Assembly (NCBI GenBank): GCA_009786925.1
Contig: WRGY01000125.1
Coordinates: 21,810-85,809 of the forward strand
DNA from: Defluviitaleaceae bacterium
GTDB taxonomy: Bacteria > Bacillota > Clostridia > Lachnospirales > WQUN01
DNA: 64,000 nt
Direction: 5' to 3'
Under the pieces are notes generated by a model that searched no databases, was not told the DNA's origin, and saw only the letters and a list, made by a program, of their open reading frames with translations. This document shows positions 28,898-38,508 of this stretch, one piece after another. Every line of letters starts with the position of its first letter. The stretch's first letter is position 1. The position numbers were made by a program, and so were the translations under genes.

Positions 28898-31609
28898 ATG
28901 GTCGATATTTTAAATCATATAACAAAGCTCGAAAGCCGCCACAAACACGATGCAGCAGGTACAATCGTACTCGCATTGCGCTGTTGGCAAGCCTATCGCT
29001 TTCTTGAACCGGAGCATGAGATGCGTATCCATTTGCAACGTGCAAATCACTCGGTGGTCGCCGCTCACAGACGAAATCTCGTGCATATGGAGCTATATAC
29101 ACTCGCTATTTTTATTGCAATAGAATCGGGTCATCATGATAGTGCAAACGAAATGCTGGACAAGGCGATGGCCTTCAAATCTTTTTTGAAATCATCAGAG
29201 CCGTTTTATTACGGCGTTTTGTGTTTCCTGTATGGGTATCTGGAGCTTAACCAGCGGCGTATCCGCTCCGCAAAAAAACATCGCCGCGCACTTACCGACC
29301 ATATAAAATCGCTTGATGCACCTTCTCCGCATTACACAGTTATGCAGGGGCTTCTCCATCTGGCCGCGGGTGAGTATCCGGAGGCGTATAAATTTCTCAC
29401 AGAGGCTTTGCTCTCCGATGTTAATAGTGTTTTCTTGTACGAGGGGCTGTATCGTTATTACAAAAATGCATCCAGTGGCTTTGAAGGCATGAGCATTTTG
29501 CCTGTACTGATATATGCCGCCACTCGCGGTGCAGAAATCGGCCTCGTCGCCGCAAAATATCCCGAAACCCTATCCGCCGCCATTGCCGCAGACCCCATTG
29601 CAGGCGAAAAGCTATATCAACTAAGCAAATATCCACCTATTTTGCAGGACATATGTAAACATCGCATAAAAAATAACGACATGAGCCGCGAGGCATATCA
29701 TTACTACCGAGAAGCCGAAAAAAAACAGGTTTTTACTCGCGAGCTTTTTTACGCACTTATCCGAGCCGCATATGAAAACAATGTGCAAAAGCTAAACCAC
29801 TATCCTATAAAAAAATTTCTTGCAAATTTGCCGCCTGACGGGATTACCGACCCTGAGTTCGCCGTATATGTATATCACTTTTTGTTGTCCGACCCCACTC
29901 TGTCCGACGTACTGCCCGAAGCACAGACAAAGATATTGCAGCTGGGTACGCGCTGTCTGGAAAACAATGTGCGTGGTCGCTATGCCAACAGCATATATCA
30001 TTATCTGTGGAGCAGATTCCGCGCATTGGGTATTCAGGGTGCGCAGCTTGTACAGGCAGAAGAAATTTTAAGAGAAAATATCACTCTATACGAGTTGCAT
30101 ACCGAAGAAAACTCCGCCGTGCGTTTTGTATATGTCACCGAGTCAGAAAAACGTGGCATGGAGGTATACGAGCTGGCAAGCGCAACCTCCCCGCTTATCA
30201 TCGAAGCAGTAGCAACAAACATTCACCTTACTTGCCTTGGTGCAGGTCAGCGCACTGTCATAGGTGAAGAGGTAACAATCCGACCCATGGTCGAAAACGC
30301 CTCTCACGAGCTGTATCTCCACTTTTTCCAAAAAGGCGACCGCCGTTTTAACCTTATCGCAAACCTTGCCAATTACTACCTCTCGCAAGATACCCCACCC
30401 GACGAGGCAACCCCTGTGTTCGAAGCAGTTTTGCAGGAAAAAAACATAAAAAAGCCGTACAAAATGCGTATCCTCATTGCATTGGGTGGTTTGCATTACA
30501 ACGCTTTCAGCTTTGAGCAGGCTTTGGAGTGCTACTCCATGGTAGAAGAGGTCGAAATAAGCGACGAATATACAGAACAAGTGCTGGCTGTATATCTGCA
30601 AACCCGAGAATATGCTCGCGCCGCAAAACTAATCGCCACAAAGCATAAGAGTATCCCGAACGAGATTTTATTTGACGCGCTAAACACCCTAATCGTAAAA
30701 AATGAAAAAACAGCAACCACAGAGATAGCATACAACCTACTGATGGATAATTTTTATAGCGAAGAGCTTCTTGCATATGTATTGGAACATCACAATGCAA
30801 GCTACAGCGAGTGGGCAAATCTCTCTCGCTTGCTCGACGAAGAAAACCATCCTGCGCCGAGTCTGGATGTTCGCGTCTTGGAGTCTGCATTATATATGTC
30901 ATCCTTTGACAAAAATGCACAAAAGGCTTTTGCGCGACTACACTTATCTGACCCTGAAAACAAACTAATCGCTGACTTTACAGAGCTTGCCACATTCGAG
31001 ATGCTCGCAAACCATACCCGACCAAGCTACGATGTCATCAGCATTTTAGAAAAATTATTCTTGGAGTCAACAGAGCCATCCATTCTGCTTGCGTGTGGGC
31101 TTTCTACTATATACTTAGGTCACAACATTACCACATTCAAATCCGAAGAAATCATAAATCATGCCATAGCTGCACTGGAGAGCGAAGGCATACTCTTTCC
31201 CGTGTTTAAAGAGAGCAAGTCGTCTCCATTCATAAAAAAATTCCGCCCATTTATGTACAAAAGCTTGCCTAATAAGGATTGTCGATTATATTATCGCATA
31301 GACGATTCTTCGTCATACACATCAGTACCCATGCAGTATGTACGCTACGGTCTGTATGTTGCCGCCGTACCTATGTTTTACAATGAGACTTTCACTTATT
31401 ACTTTAGCGAAGAAATGGCCTCGGGCAGTATCACCACTCGAGAAGAAAGTGTAAAAAACAACATACCCTTTTTACATGAGGACAGCGACCAATATTTTAC
31501 AATAAACAATGCAATCATATACGAGCAGATGTTTAAACATGACCAAGTAGAAAAACTAATCTCCCGTCTCGTAAAAGACATACGACCTGTGAGGAGCCAA
31601 CTGCTATGA
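28898..31609 (+). CDS. 903-aa predicted all-helical (TPR-like) protein; unknown family
   Basis: ATG 28898 lies 9 nt after AAGGGAGG. The composition suggests helical repeats throughout. No catalytic motif recognised. Confidence 0.6.
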   Translation: MVDILNHITKLESRHKHDAAGTIVLALRCWQAYRFLEPEHEMRIHLQRANHSVVAAHRRNLVHMELYTLAIFIAIESGHHDSANEMLDKAMAFKSFLKSSEPFYYGVLCFLYGYLELNQRRIRSAKKHRRALTDHIKSLDAPSPHYTVMQGLLHLAAGEYPEAYKFLTEALLSDVNSVFLYEGLYRYYKNASSGFEGMSILPVLIYAATRGAEIGLVAAKYPETLSAAIAADPIAGEKLYQLSKYPPILQDICKHRIKNNDMSREAYHYYREAEKKQVFTRELFYALIRAAYENNVQKLNHYPIKKFLANLPPDGITDPEFAVYVYHFLLSDPTLSDVLPEAQTKILQLGTRCLENNVRGRYANSIYHYLWSRFRALGIQGAQLVQAEEILRENITLYELHTEENSAVRFVYVTESEKRGMEVYELASATSPLIIEAVATNIHLTCLGAGQRTVIGEEVTIRPMVENASHELYLHFFQKGDRRFNLIANLANYYLSQDTPPDEATPVFEAVLQEKNIKKPYKMRILIALGGLHYNAFSFEQALECYSMVEEVEISDEYTEQVLAVYLQTREYARAAKLIATKHKSIPNEILFDALNTLIVKNEKTATTEIAYNLLMDNFYSEELLAYVLEHHNASYSEWANLSRLLDEENHPAPSLDVRVLESALYMSSFDKNAQKAFARLHLSDPENKLIADFTELATFEMLANHTRPSYDVISILEKLFLESTEPSILLACGLSTIYLGHNITTFKSEEIINHAIAALESEGILFPVFKESKSSPFIKKFRPFMYKSLPNKDCRLYYRIDDSSSYTSVPMQYVRYGLYVAAVPMFYNETFTYYFSEEMASGSITTREESVKNNIPFLHEDSDQYFTINNAIIYEQMFKHDQVEKLISRLVKDIRPVRSQLL

Positions 31610-32910
31610 CAGAGATAAGAACGACACTCATGCAAATAATAGACAATTTACCAATACCATGCATCCTGCGCAACGAGGAATGCGTAATGGTGTATTCAAA
31701 TAAAGCGGCGGAGAGCATGTTTTCTTCGGACGGCGAGTTTACAGGTGATTGCGAAGAATTTTCGCCCCCCTTCCAGCCTGACGGAAGCCCTTCTATGCGC
31801 AAATATCGCGTACTCATACGCCATATCCTCGACCAAGGCCAGCCCATCAAACTCGAATGGCTGTACTGCCGGAGAGACAAAGAGCTAATCCCGTCAGAAA
31901 TTACACTTATGCGTGTAGAGCTTGGCGGTGAGCCTCACATCCTTGAGTTTTTGCAAGACCTGCGCGAGTCTCACCAGACTCGCATCGCCGAACGCGAAAT
32001 AAGACAACGACTGCAAGTAATGATGGACTCATGCCCTGTGACCTGCGGCATAGTAGATATACATTTTAATGTGTTGGAAGTAAACAATGTAGTGATGAGC
32101 CTTTTTGGAATTTTAAATAAGCAGACATTCTTAAACCGTTTCTTCGAACTCTCTCCTGAGTATCAGCCCGATGGGCAGCTATCCCGCAGGAAGGCTTTGG
32201 ATAAACTAAAACAGGCCTTCGAATCCGGTCGTATACATTATGAGTGGCTCCACCAAAGCATCTACGGTGAGCAAATCCCCTGCGAGGTCACGCTCGTGCG
32301 AGTAAAGTTAAACAACCAAAACATGGCCATAATCTATATTCACGACCTCCGAGAAATAAAAAAATCCATCGCAATGATGGAAAAAATGGAATCAATAGCC
32401 TATAGTGACGAACTTACGGGTCTTTTTAGCCGCCGATATTTTGTAGAAAAAGCAACCCCTGCTCTGGAGCGTGCAAAAGCTAACGATGAAACATTCCACC
32501 TAATCATGGCAGACCTCGACCATTTTAAGGCTGTAAACGATACCTACGGTCATCCCATCGGTGACGAAGTATTAAAAATCACTGCGAAACGCATGACAGG
32601 TGTAACACGCCAAGGTAGTATAATAGCTCGTTATGGCGGCGAAGAGTTTATAGTCCTGCTATCAAATATGACTCATGATGCTGCCCTAAAAACTGCCCAA
32701 CGCATCCAAAAATCAATGGAAGAATCCGCAATCACAATAAAAGGCATGTCCCTAAACGTAACCGTATCACTCGGCCTTGCTTCCTTCTCGGACCCATCAG
32801 AATCCCTTGATGACATAATACACAAGGCCGATGTAGCCCTATACGGCGCGAAACGCACAGGACGCAACAAAGTCATGGAGTACGAAAACGCGAAGGATTT
32901 GACGTGGTAG
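31606..32910 (+). CDS. Diguanylate cyclase, PAS-PAS-GGDEF
   Basis: It has an ATGA overlap with the upstream gene. There are two PAS-like modules (..FSPPFQPDGSPS.., ..LSPEYQPDGQLS..). The GGDEF domain has an intact RYGGEEF, and the I-site position reads RQGS, not RxxD. Confidence 0.85.
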   Translation: MTEIRTTLMQIIDNLPIPCILRNEECVMVYSNKAAESMFSSDGEFTGDCEEFSPPFQPDGSPSMRKYRVLIRHILDQGQPIKLEWLYCRRDKELIPSEITLMRVELGGEPHILEFLQDLRESHQTRIAEREIRQRLQVMMDSCPVTCGIVDIHFNVLEVNNVVMSLFGILNKQTFLNRFFELSPEYQPDGQLSRRKALDKLKQAFESGRIHYEWLHQSIYGEQIPCEVTLVRVKLNNQNMAIIYIHDLREIKKSIAMMEKMESIAYSDELTGLFSRRYFVEKATPALERAKANDETFHLIMADLDHFKAVNDTYGHPIGDEVLKITAKRMTGVTRQGSIIARYGGEEFIVLLSNMTHDAALKTAQRIQKSMEESAITIKGMSLNVTVSLGLASFSDPSESLDDIIHKADVALYGAKRTGRNKVMEYENAKDLTW

Positions 32911-32918
32911 AGTGATAT

Positions 32919-34091
32919 TTACTCCGACGTATAATCGTCAAAATACCCACGCACAAGTATTACGGGTGTACCCTTGTCGCCGCTGCCGCCCATGAGGTCG
33001 CAGAGGCTACCTACGAGGTCGGCATATTTGCGAGGGGTTGTGCCTTCGCGGTAGGCGTTTGGGGTGGAGGCCTTTTGCTTTATTATGTTTGAGACAGCTT
33101 CTCGTTTTTGGTCGCCGCGTAGGTCGCCAAAGACGGAGTCAGCAACTAATTTTATTTTTATTTCTATGGGCTGTAGACCCAGTCTTGTAGTGTAACCCGG
33201 TGATACTACGGGGTCGGCAAGCTCCCAGATGCCGCAGGTGGGGTCTTTGAACGCGCCGTCACCGAATACCATTACTTCTGGTGCTACGCCTGTCTTTTTT
33301 TCCAAGCGGTTTTGCACTGCCAGCACAAAATCATTTGCTTTTGCAGGGAAGAGCTTTAATGTGTCGTCTGTAGAAAGGTTTGAGCCTAAGATACCGTATT
33401 GTGGGTTATAGCCGCTTCCATTTATGGGGGCGTTTAGGATGTCTGATAGGGTATATACTCTTTCTGCTCCTGCTTTTAGCAAGCGGTCTTTTGTGCGATT
33501 GCGGTTGTGGATTTCTGCTACAAGGACATTTTTAGTTAGCTTCAAAATGTCGCGAGGGTCGTTTGAAAAATAAATCTTTATGTTGTCGCTTACACTTTCG
33601 TAGAGTTGTACATAGTCTACCCCTGTAAAATTGTGATTGTATTTCCCTGCTACTGCCTCAAACTCGCTGGACATTACCATTCGGTTTTTCAGCTTGTCTG
33701 ATACTTCGTCGAGTTTATCTATGTCCATTATGGGGTTGCCCACTTCGTCATGGGGATAACTTAGCAGTATGTGGACTTTTTCTGCACCTGCGGCTATGCC
33801 TTTCAGTATGTTAAGGAAGCGGTTGCGTGAAAGTATGGGATATACGAGTCCGATTTCTGCCCCGCCGTATTTTCTTTTTATATCAGTGGAGACATCAGAG
33901 ACCTTTGCAAAGTTGCCTTCCGCCTTTGCGACGATGGCCTCAGTGACTGCCACTATGTCGTTTTCGTGCAAACTGCTGTTTTGCTGGGAGATTACGTCCA
34001 ATATATGGTCAGATACTATACTCACAAGGTCGTCACCGGGGCTGATAATCGGTAATCTTACACCCATTGCTGTTGTTCCTGTTAAGCGCAT
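32919..34091 (-). CDS. CofE-like (F420-0:gamma-glutamyl ligase family) protein
   Basis: 390 aa. The N-terminal GVRLPIISPGDDL pattern resembles CofE-family proteins. Weak, by-eye assignment. Confidence 0.4.
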   Translation of the reverse strand: MRLTGTTAMGVRLPIISPGDDLVSIVSDHILDVISQQNSSLHENDIVAVTEAIVAKAEGNFAKVSDVSTDIKRKYGGAEIGLVYPILSRNRFLNILKGIAAGAEKVHILLSYPHDEVGNPIMDIDKLDEVSDKLKNRMVMSSEFEAVAGKYNHNFTGVDYVQLYESVSDNIKIYFSNDPRDILKLTKNVLVAEIHNRNRTKDRLLKAGAERVYTLSDILNAPINGSGYNPQYGILGSNLSTDDTLKLFPAKANDFVLAVQNRLEKKTGVAPEVMVFGDGAFKDPTCGIWELADPVVSPGYTTRLGLQPIEIKIKLVADSVFGDLRGDQKREAVSNIIKQKASTPNAYREGTTPRKYADLVGSLCDLMGGSGDKGTPVILVRGYFDDYTSE

Positions 34092-34240
34092 ATTTTTTTG
34101 CCCCTTTTGTTAGATTTTTTATTGCACAAAGTATAACACCATCGCTATATCTTGTGCAAATAATCGTATTATTGTACAATGACAAAGTATTGGAAAATGT
34201 CATATCGCTTTACATATGCGGCGACCCTCGGTCGTTATCT

Positions 34241-34726
34241 ATGAAGGGAATGGTCGGTTTGACAAGCGAGTACGAAAAGCTTGATGCATTTATAAAAAAC
34301 TTGCCAACAAAAAAGGGTGCGCTCATTGCCGTATTACATCATGCGCAAGATATATTCGGTTATTTGCCTGTAGAGGTGCAGGATTTTGTGGCACAAAAGC
34401 TGGAAATCCCCGCCGCAAAAGTATATGGTGTAGTTACGTTTTATTCATTTTTTTCACAACAAAAAAAAGGGCAGTTCCGCATAAATGTATGCATGGGGAC
34501 TGCCTGTTTTGTAAAGGGGGCAGAAGGTATTTTGGAAGAGTTTAATGCACTGCTCGGCACAGAAACCAGTGTTGTTACTGATGACGGGCTTTTTTCTGTA
34601 GATGCTCTGCGCTGTATAGGTGCGTGCGGCCTTGCACCCGTTATCACTGTAAACGGAAAATACTATGGTAGGATTAAAAAAAGCGATGTAAAGGATATTA
34701 TCGCCGAATACAAGGGTAAAATATAA
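34241..34726 (+). CDS. NuoE/HndA-like [2Fe-2S] subunit of an NAD(P)H-dependent flavoprotein complex
   Basis: The start is taken at ATG 34241. Cys ligands are CMGTACFVKG and CIGACGLAPV. Confidence 0.8.
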   Translation: MKGMVGLTSEYEKLDAFIKNLPTKKGALIAVLHHAQDIFGYLPVEVQDFVAQKLEIPAAKVYGVVTFYSFFSQQKKGQFRINVCMGTACFVKGAEGILEEFNALLGTETSVVTDDGLFSVDALRCIGACGLAPVITVNGKYYGRIKKSDVKDIIAEYKGKI

Positions 34727-34764
34727 GACGCGCAAAGTGTGCGTATTATGCCAAGGAGAAAAAA

Positions 34765-36507
34765 ATGCATAAGATTTATATAGGTATGGCAACATGCGGT
34801 ATCGCCGCAGGTGCGCAGGCCATCCACGATGTACTGGTTGCTGCAAATATGCAAAATACACAGATTATCCCCACAGGCTGTATAGGGATGTGCTATGCTG
34901 AGCCGCTTATAGAAATAAAAAAGCAAGGCGAAGGGTCAGTCTTTGTGAGTGGTTTGGATGCAAAAGAGGCTAAAAAATCCATCACCGACTATATCGAAAA
35001 TGGTAATAAGGATAAAAACATACTGCCTAACAAAGGCTATGGGAAACAAGTCCGTATAGCCCTACGTAATTGCGGTATCATCAATCCCGAAAAAATAGAA
35101 GATTATATAGCAGAAGGCGGATACGAAGCACTCCGCAAAGCCCTGAACACACTGGGCCGTGAAGGCGTAATTGAGGAAATCAAAGCATCTAATCTGCGTG
35201 GTCGTGGTGGTGCCGGTTTTCCTACGGGTTTAAAATGGGAATTTGGCTACAAAAGCAATGAACATAAAAAATACATTATCTGCAATGCTGACGAAGGCGA
35301 CCCCGGCGCGTTTATGGACAGGTCTATACTGGAAGGCGACCCACACTCTGTTCTCGAAGCAATGGCAATCGCGGGTTTTGCTGTAGGTGCTGATGAGGGT
35401 ATTTTCTATATCCGTGCAGAGTATCCCTTGGCTGTCGAGCGTCTTTATACAGCAATTTCTCAAGCCGAAAAACTGGGTAACTTGGGCGAAGGTATAATGG
35501 GTACGGATTTTAACTTCAAGATAAGCATAAATCTCGGGGCGGGAGCGTTTGTATGCGGCGAAGAAACCGCACTACTCAACTCGCTCGAAGGCAAACGCGG
35601 AGAGCCGCGCCTTCGTCCCCCGTTCCCGGCTCAAAAAGGGCTTTGGGACAAACCAACGGTTAACAATAATGTAGAGACATACGCAAACATTCCTGCCATT
35701 ATCACACGCGGTGCGGAGTGGTTCCGTTCCATTGGCATAGAAAAGTCCCCTGGCACAAAGGTGTTTGCCCTTGCAGGCAAAATAAATAACGTAGGCCTTG
35801 TAGAAGTCCCTATGGGTACCACCCTCCGTGAAATCGTATACGAACCGGAGCTTGGAGGAGGCCTGCCCGACGACAAGGCCTTCAAGGCTATACAGACGGG
35901 TGGTCCTTCGGGCGGGTGTATACCGGCTGTGCATATTGATATGGGTGTGGATTATGAGTCACTTGCGTCTATAGGCTCTATGATGGGTAGTGGTGGCATG
36001 ATTGTCATGGACGAGGACGACTGTATGGTAAATATAGCTAAGTTTTACCTTGACTTTACAATGGAAGAATCCTGTGGCAAATGCACACCCTGCCGCATAG
36101 GCAACACCCGTCTGCACGAAATTCTTTCTAAAATAACCACAGGCAAGGGTTCACACGACGACATCAGTGAGCTGAAATCACTTGCAAGGGTGATTAAGGA
36201 CACATCTTTATGCGGATTGGGAATGAGCGCGCCAAACCCTGTATTATCCACCCTAAACTTTTTTGGTGATGAGTATAACGCCCATGTAAACGATAAAAAA
36301 TGCCCGTCCCTCACCTGCAAAGACCTCATAACCTTCAAAATAACAGATAAATGTATAGGTTGCGGGATTTGTTCGAAGGTATGCCCTGTAAACGCAATAA
36401 CCGGTGAGCCAAAAAAAATTCATACAATCGAGCATGGCAAATGCATAAAATGCGGCGAATGTCTGCCAAAATGCCCGGAAAAAGTGCGGGCAATCATAAA
36501 GGAGTAA
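34765..36507 (+). CDS. NuoF/HydB/HndC-like NADH-binding FMN flavoprotein with ferredoxin domains
   Basis: 580 aa with GRGGAGFPTGLKWEF, ESCGKCTPCRIG, and C-terminal CIGCGICSKVCP and CIKCGECLPKCP. Confidence 0.85.
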   Translation: MHKIYIGMATCGIAAGAQAIHDVLVAANMQNTQIIPTGCIGMCYAEPLIEIKKQGEGSVFVSGLDAKEAKKSITDYIENGNKDKNILPNKGYGKQVRIALRNCGIINPEKIEDYIAEGGYEALRKALNTLGREGVIEEIKASNLRGRGGAGFPTGLKWEFGYKSNEHKKYIICNADEGDPGAFMDRSILEGDPHSVLEAMAIAGFAVGADEGIFYIRAEYPLAVERLYTAISQAEKLGNLGEGIMGTDFNFKISINLGAGAFVCGEETALLNSLEGKRGEPRLRPPFPAQKGLWDKPTVNNNVETYANIPAIITRGAEWFRSIGIEKSPGTKVFALAGKINNVGLVEVPMGTTLREIVYEPELGGGLPDDKAFKAIQTGGPSGGCIPAVHIDMGVDYESLASIGSMMGSGGMIVMDEDDCMVNIAKFYLDFTMEESCGKCTPCRIGNTRLHEILSKITTGKGSHDDISELKSLARVIKDTSLCGLGMSAPNPVLSTLNFFGDEYNAHVNDKKCPSLTCKDLITFKITDKCIGCGICSKVCPVNAITGEPKKIHTIEHGKCIKCGECLPKCPEKVRAIIKE

Positions 36508-36511
36508 AATC

Positions 36512-37630
36512 GTGAAAATAATTATGCCTTATAAGACGATTGGTGTTATTGGTGGTGGGCAGCTTGGTCGGATGATGTGTTTAGCGGCAAAAGCAATGGG
36601 ATACAACGTTGCAGTGCTTGACCCTACGCCAAACTGCCCCTGCGGCCAAGTAGCGGATATTGAAATCACCGCCGAATATAATGACCTAGAGGCAATCAAA
36701 AAGCTGGCCGCTGTTAGTGATGTAATTACTTATGAATTCGAAAACATAGATTATGAGGCTTTGTTGTGGTTAAAGGAAAATGCCTATTTGCCACAAGGCA
36801 GTGAGGTGCTAAAAATCACACGTCATCGTTTTTTGGAGAAATCAACAATCGCAGATATGGGAATACGAGTGGCAGATTTCCACCTGATAGAAAACGCCGA
36901 TGACTTGCAAAAGTATATAACCTACCCAAGTGTCCTAAAGACCACAACGGGCGGCTATGACGGCAAGGGGCAAATCGTTATCCGTACAGAAGCAGATTTG
37001 TCTGCGGCAAAGGCACTCGTTGCTTCTCAGGAATGCATATTAGAAAAATTCGTGCCTTATGAAAGAGAAGTCTCCGTCATCGTTGCTCGCAGTACTACAG
37101 GCGAGGTAAAAACCTTCCCTGTTGCGGAAAACATACATGTTGACAATATATTGCATCAGAGCATTGTTCCTGCACGTATTTCATCCGCTGTAGAAAAGCA
37201 AGCAATTGAATACGCATTAAAAATAGCCGAGGGAATAAACTCCGTCGGCGTTCTTGGCATAGAAATGTTTGTCGTAGATGGTGGCATAGTCATAAACGAG
37301 CTTGCTCCGCGCCCGCATAACTCGGGGCATTACACTATGGATGCATGTGCCACAAGCCAGTTTGAGCAACATGTTCGGGCGATTTGTGGTTTACCGCTTG
37401 GTGACACCTCCTTGCATACACCCGTGGTAATGGTAAACATCCTCGGAGACCATATGGATAAACAAAATATGCATAACCTGTCTCCGTATCTCCCCCTCTT
37501 GGAAAACGGGAAAATCCATCTGTATGGTAAAGCCCAAGCCGTAGATAAGCGCAAAATGGGACATGTGAATGTTTTAGGCCAATGTGACGAAGCTTTGAAA
37601 ATCATAAATGAGGCGAAGATATGGGTGTAA
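36512..37630 (+). CDS. purK: N5-carboxyaminoimidazole ribonucleotide synthase
   Basis: 372 aa with IGVIGGGQLGRMM and the ATP-grasp layout; ELAPRPHNSGH. Confidence 0.85.
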   Translation: MKIIMPYKTIGVIGGGQLGRMMCLAAKAMGYNVAVLDPTPNCPCGQVADIEITAEYNDLEAIKKLAAVSDVITYEFENIDYEALLWLKENAYLPQGSEVLKITRHRFLEKSTIADMGIRVADFHLIENADDLQKYITYPSVLKTTTGGYDGKGQIVIRTEADLSAAKALVASQECILEKFVPYEREVSVIVARSTTGEVKTFPVAENIHVDNILHQSIVPARISSAVEKQAIEYALKIAEGINSVGVLGIEMFVVDGGIVINELAPRPHNSGHYTMDACATSQFEQHVRAICGLPLGDTSLHTPVVMVNILGDHMDKQNMHNLSPYLPLLENGKIHLYGKAQAVDKRKMGHVNVLGQCDEALKIINEAKIWV

Positions 37631-38508
37631 TGACCTTCAAAACATATAAAGACATAAAAACATTTTATACGGCAGTCTATGACATCTTGCTCTGTGGTGA
37701 AGTGCAAAACCTCGTCCCGCTGGGAAACATAATCATCGGCAACGAAGGTAAGGATAAAACCGAATGGCGTGACAGTGCAAACTGGTTTATGGCCACGGTA
37801 TCGGATGCAAATGGGATAAAACTCACGGCACTCATGACACCACCGTTTAATTTGACACTTTACATGACGGATAACATAGAAAACGAGGACGCGCTCGACA
37901 GCTTAGTCGACGGTCTGCTTTCTGAAAATATAACCATCCCCGGCATACTAGCAGAAAACTCTCTTGCGATTTTATTTGCCGAGAAATATGCCAAAGTATT
38001 CGGAAAGCCCTATCACACAAATATGAAAATGCGAATACATCAATTACAAAAGGTTAATCTACAACCTAATCCAACAAACAAAATACGCCTTCTTACAGAA
38101 AACGACATGGATTTTTTTCCATTTTGGGTGGAATGTATGAACTACGACTTCTTTGAAAAACCAATAAAAATAAACGACGATATTAAAAAATATTTGCATC
38201 TCATAAACCAAAAAAATTGCTATATCCTTGAGGATAACGGTATACCCGTGACCATTGCAAAAGCAAGTAGGCCAATGCAGACTGTATGTGGTGTGGCAGA
38301 TGTCTATACGCCGCCGTATTTTCGCAGGAGGGGTTACGCCACCTCATGTGTAGCGCAGTTGAGTCAGCTTTTGCTGGATAAGGGATATGAAAAATGCGCA
38401 CTCTACACGGATTTGTCAAATCCGATTTCTAACAGCATTTATAAAAAAGTCGGGTATACACCCGTTTGCGATACATTGGATATAAAATTTGAGGAGGAAC
38501 AAAAGTGA
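37621..38508 (+). CDS. GNAT family N-acetyltransferase-like protein embedded in the pur operon
   Basis: 295 aa. It overlaps purK by 10 nt and purL by 4 nt. The C-terminal acetyl-CoA motif region is [20 protein letters not shown]. Confidence 0.6.
   Translation: MGVMTFKTYKDIKTFYTAVYDILLCGEVQNLVPLGNIIIGNEGKDKTEWRDSANWFMATVSDANGIKLTALMTPPFNLTLYMTDNIENEDALDSLVDGLLSENITIPGILAENSLAILFAEKYAKVFGKPYHTNMKMRIHQLQKVNLQPNPTNKIRLLTENDMDFFPFWVECMNYDFFEKPIKINDDIKKYLHLINQKNCYILEDNGIPVTIAKASRPMQTVCGVADVYTPPYFRRRGYATSCVAQLSQLLLDKGYEKCALYTDLSNPISNSIYKKVGYTPVCDTLDIKFEEEQK

Noticed and set aside
34067-34240. N-terminal extension of the NuoE-like ORF.
   Set aside because: It is a hydrophobic, non-conserved-looking extension that overlaps the divergent gene's start region. 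The homologous part starts at ATG 34241.
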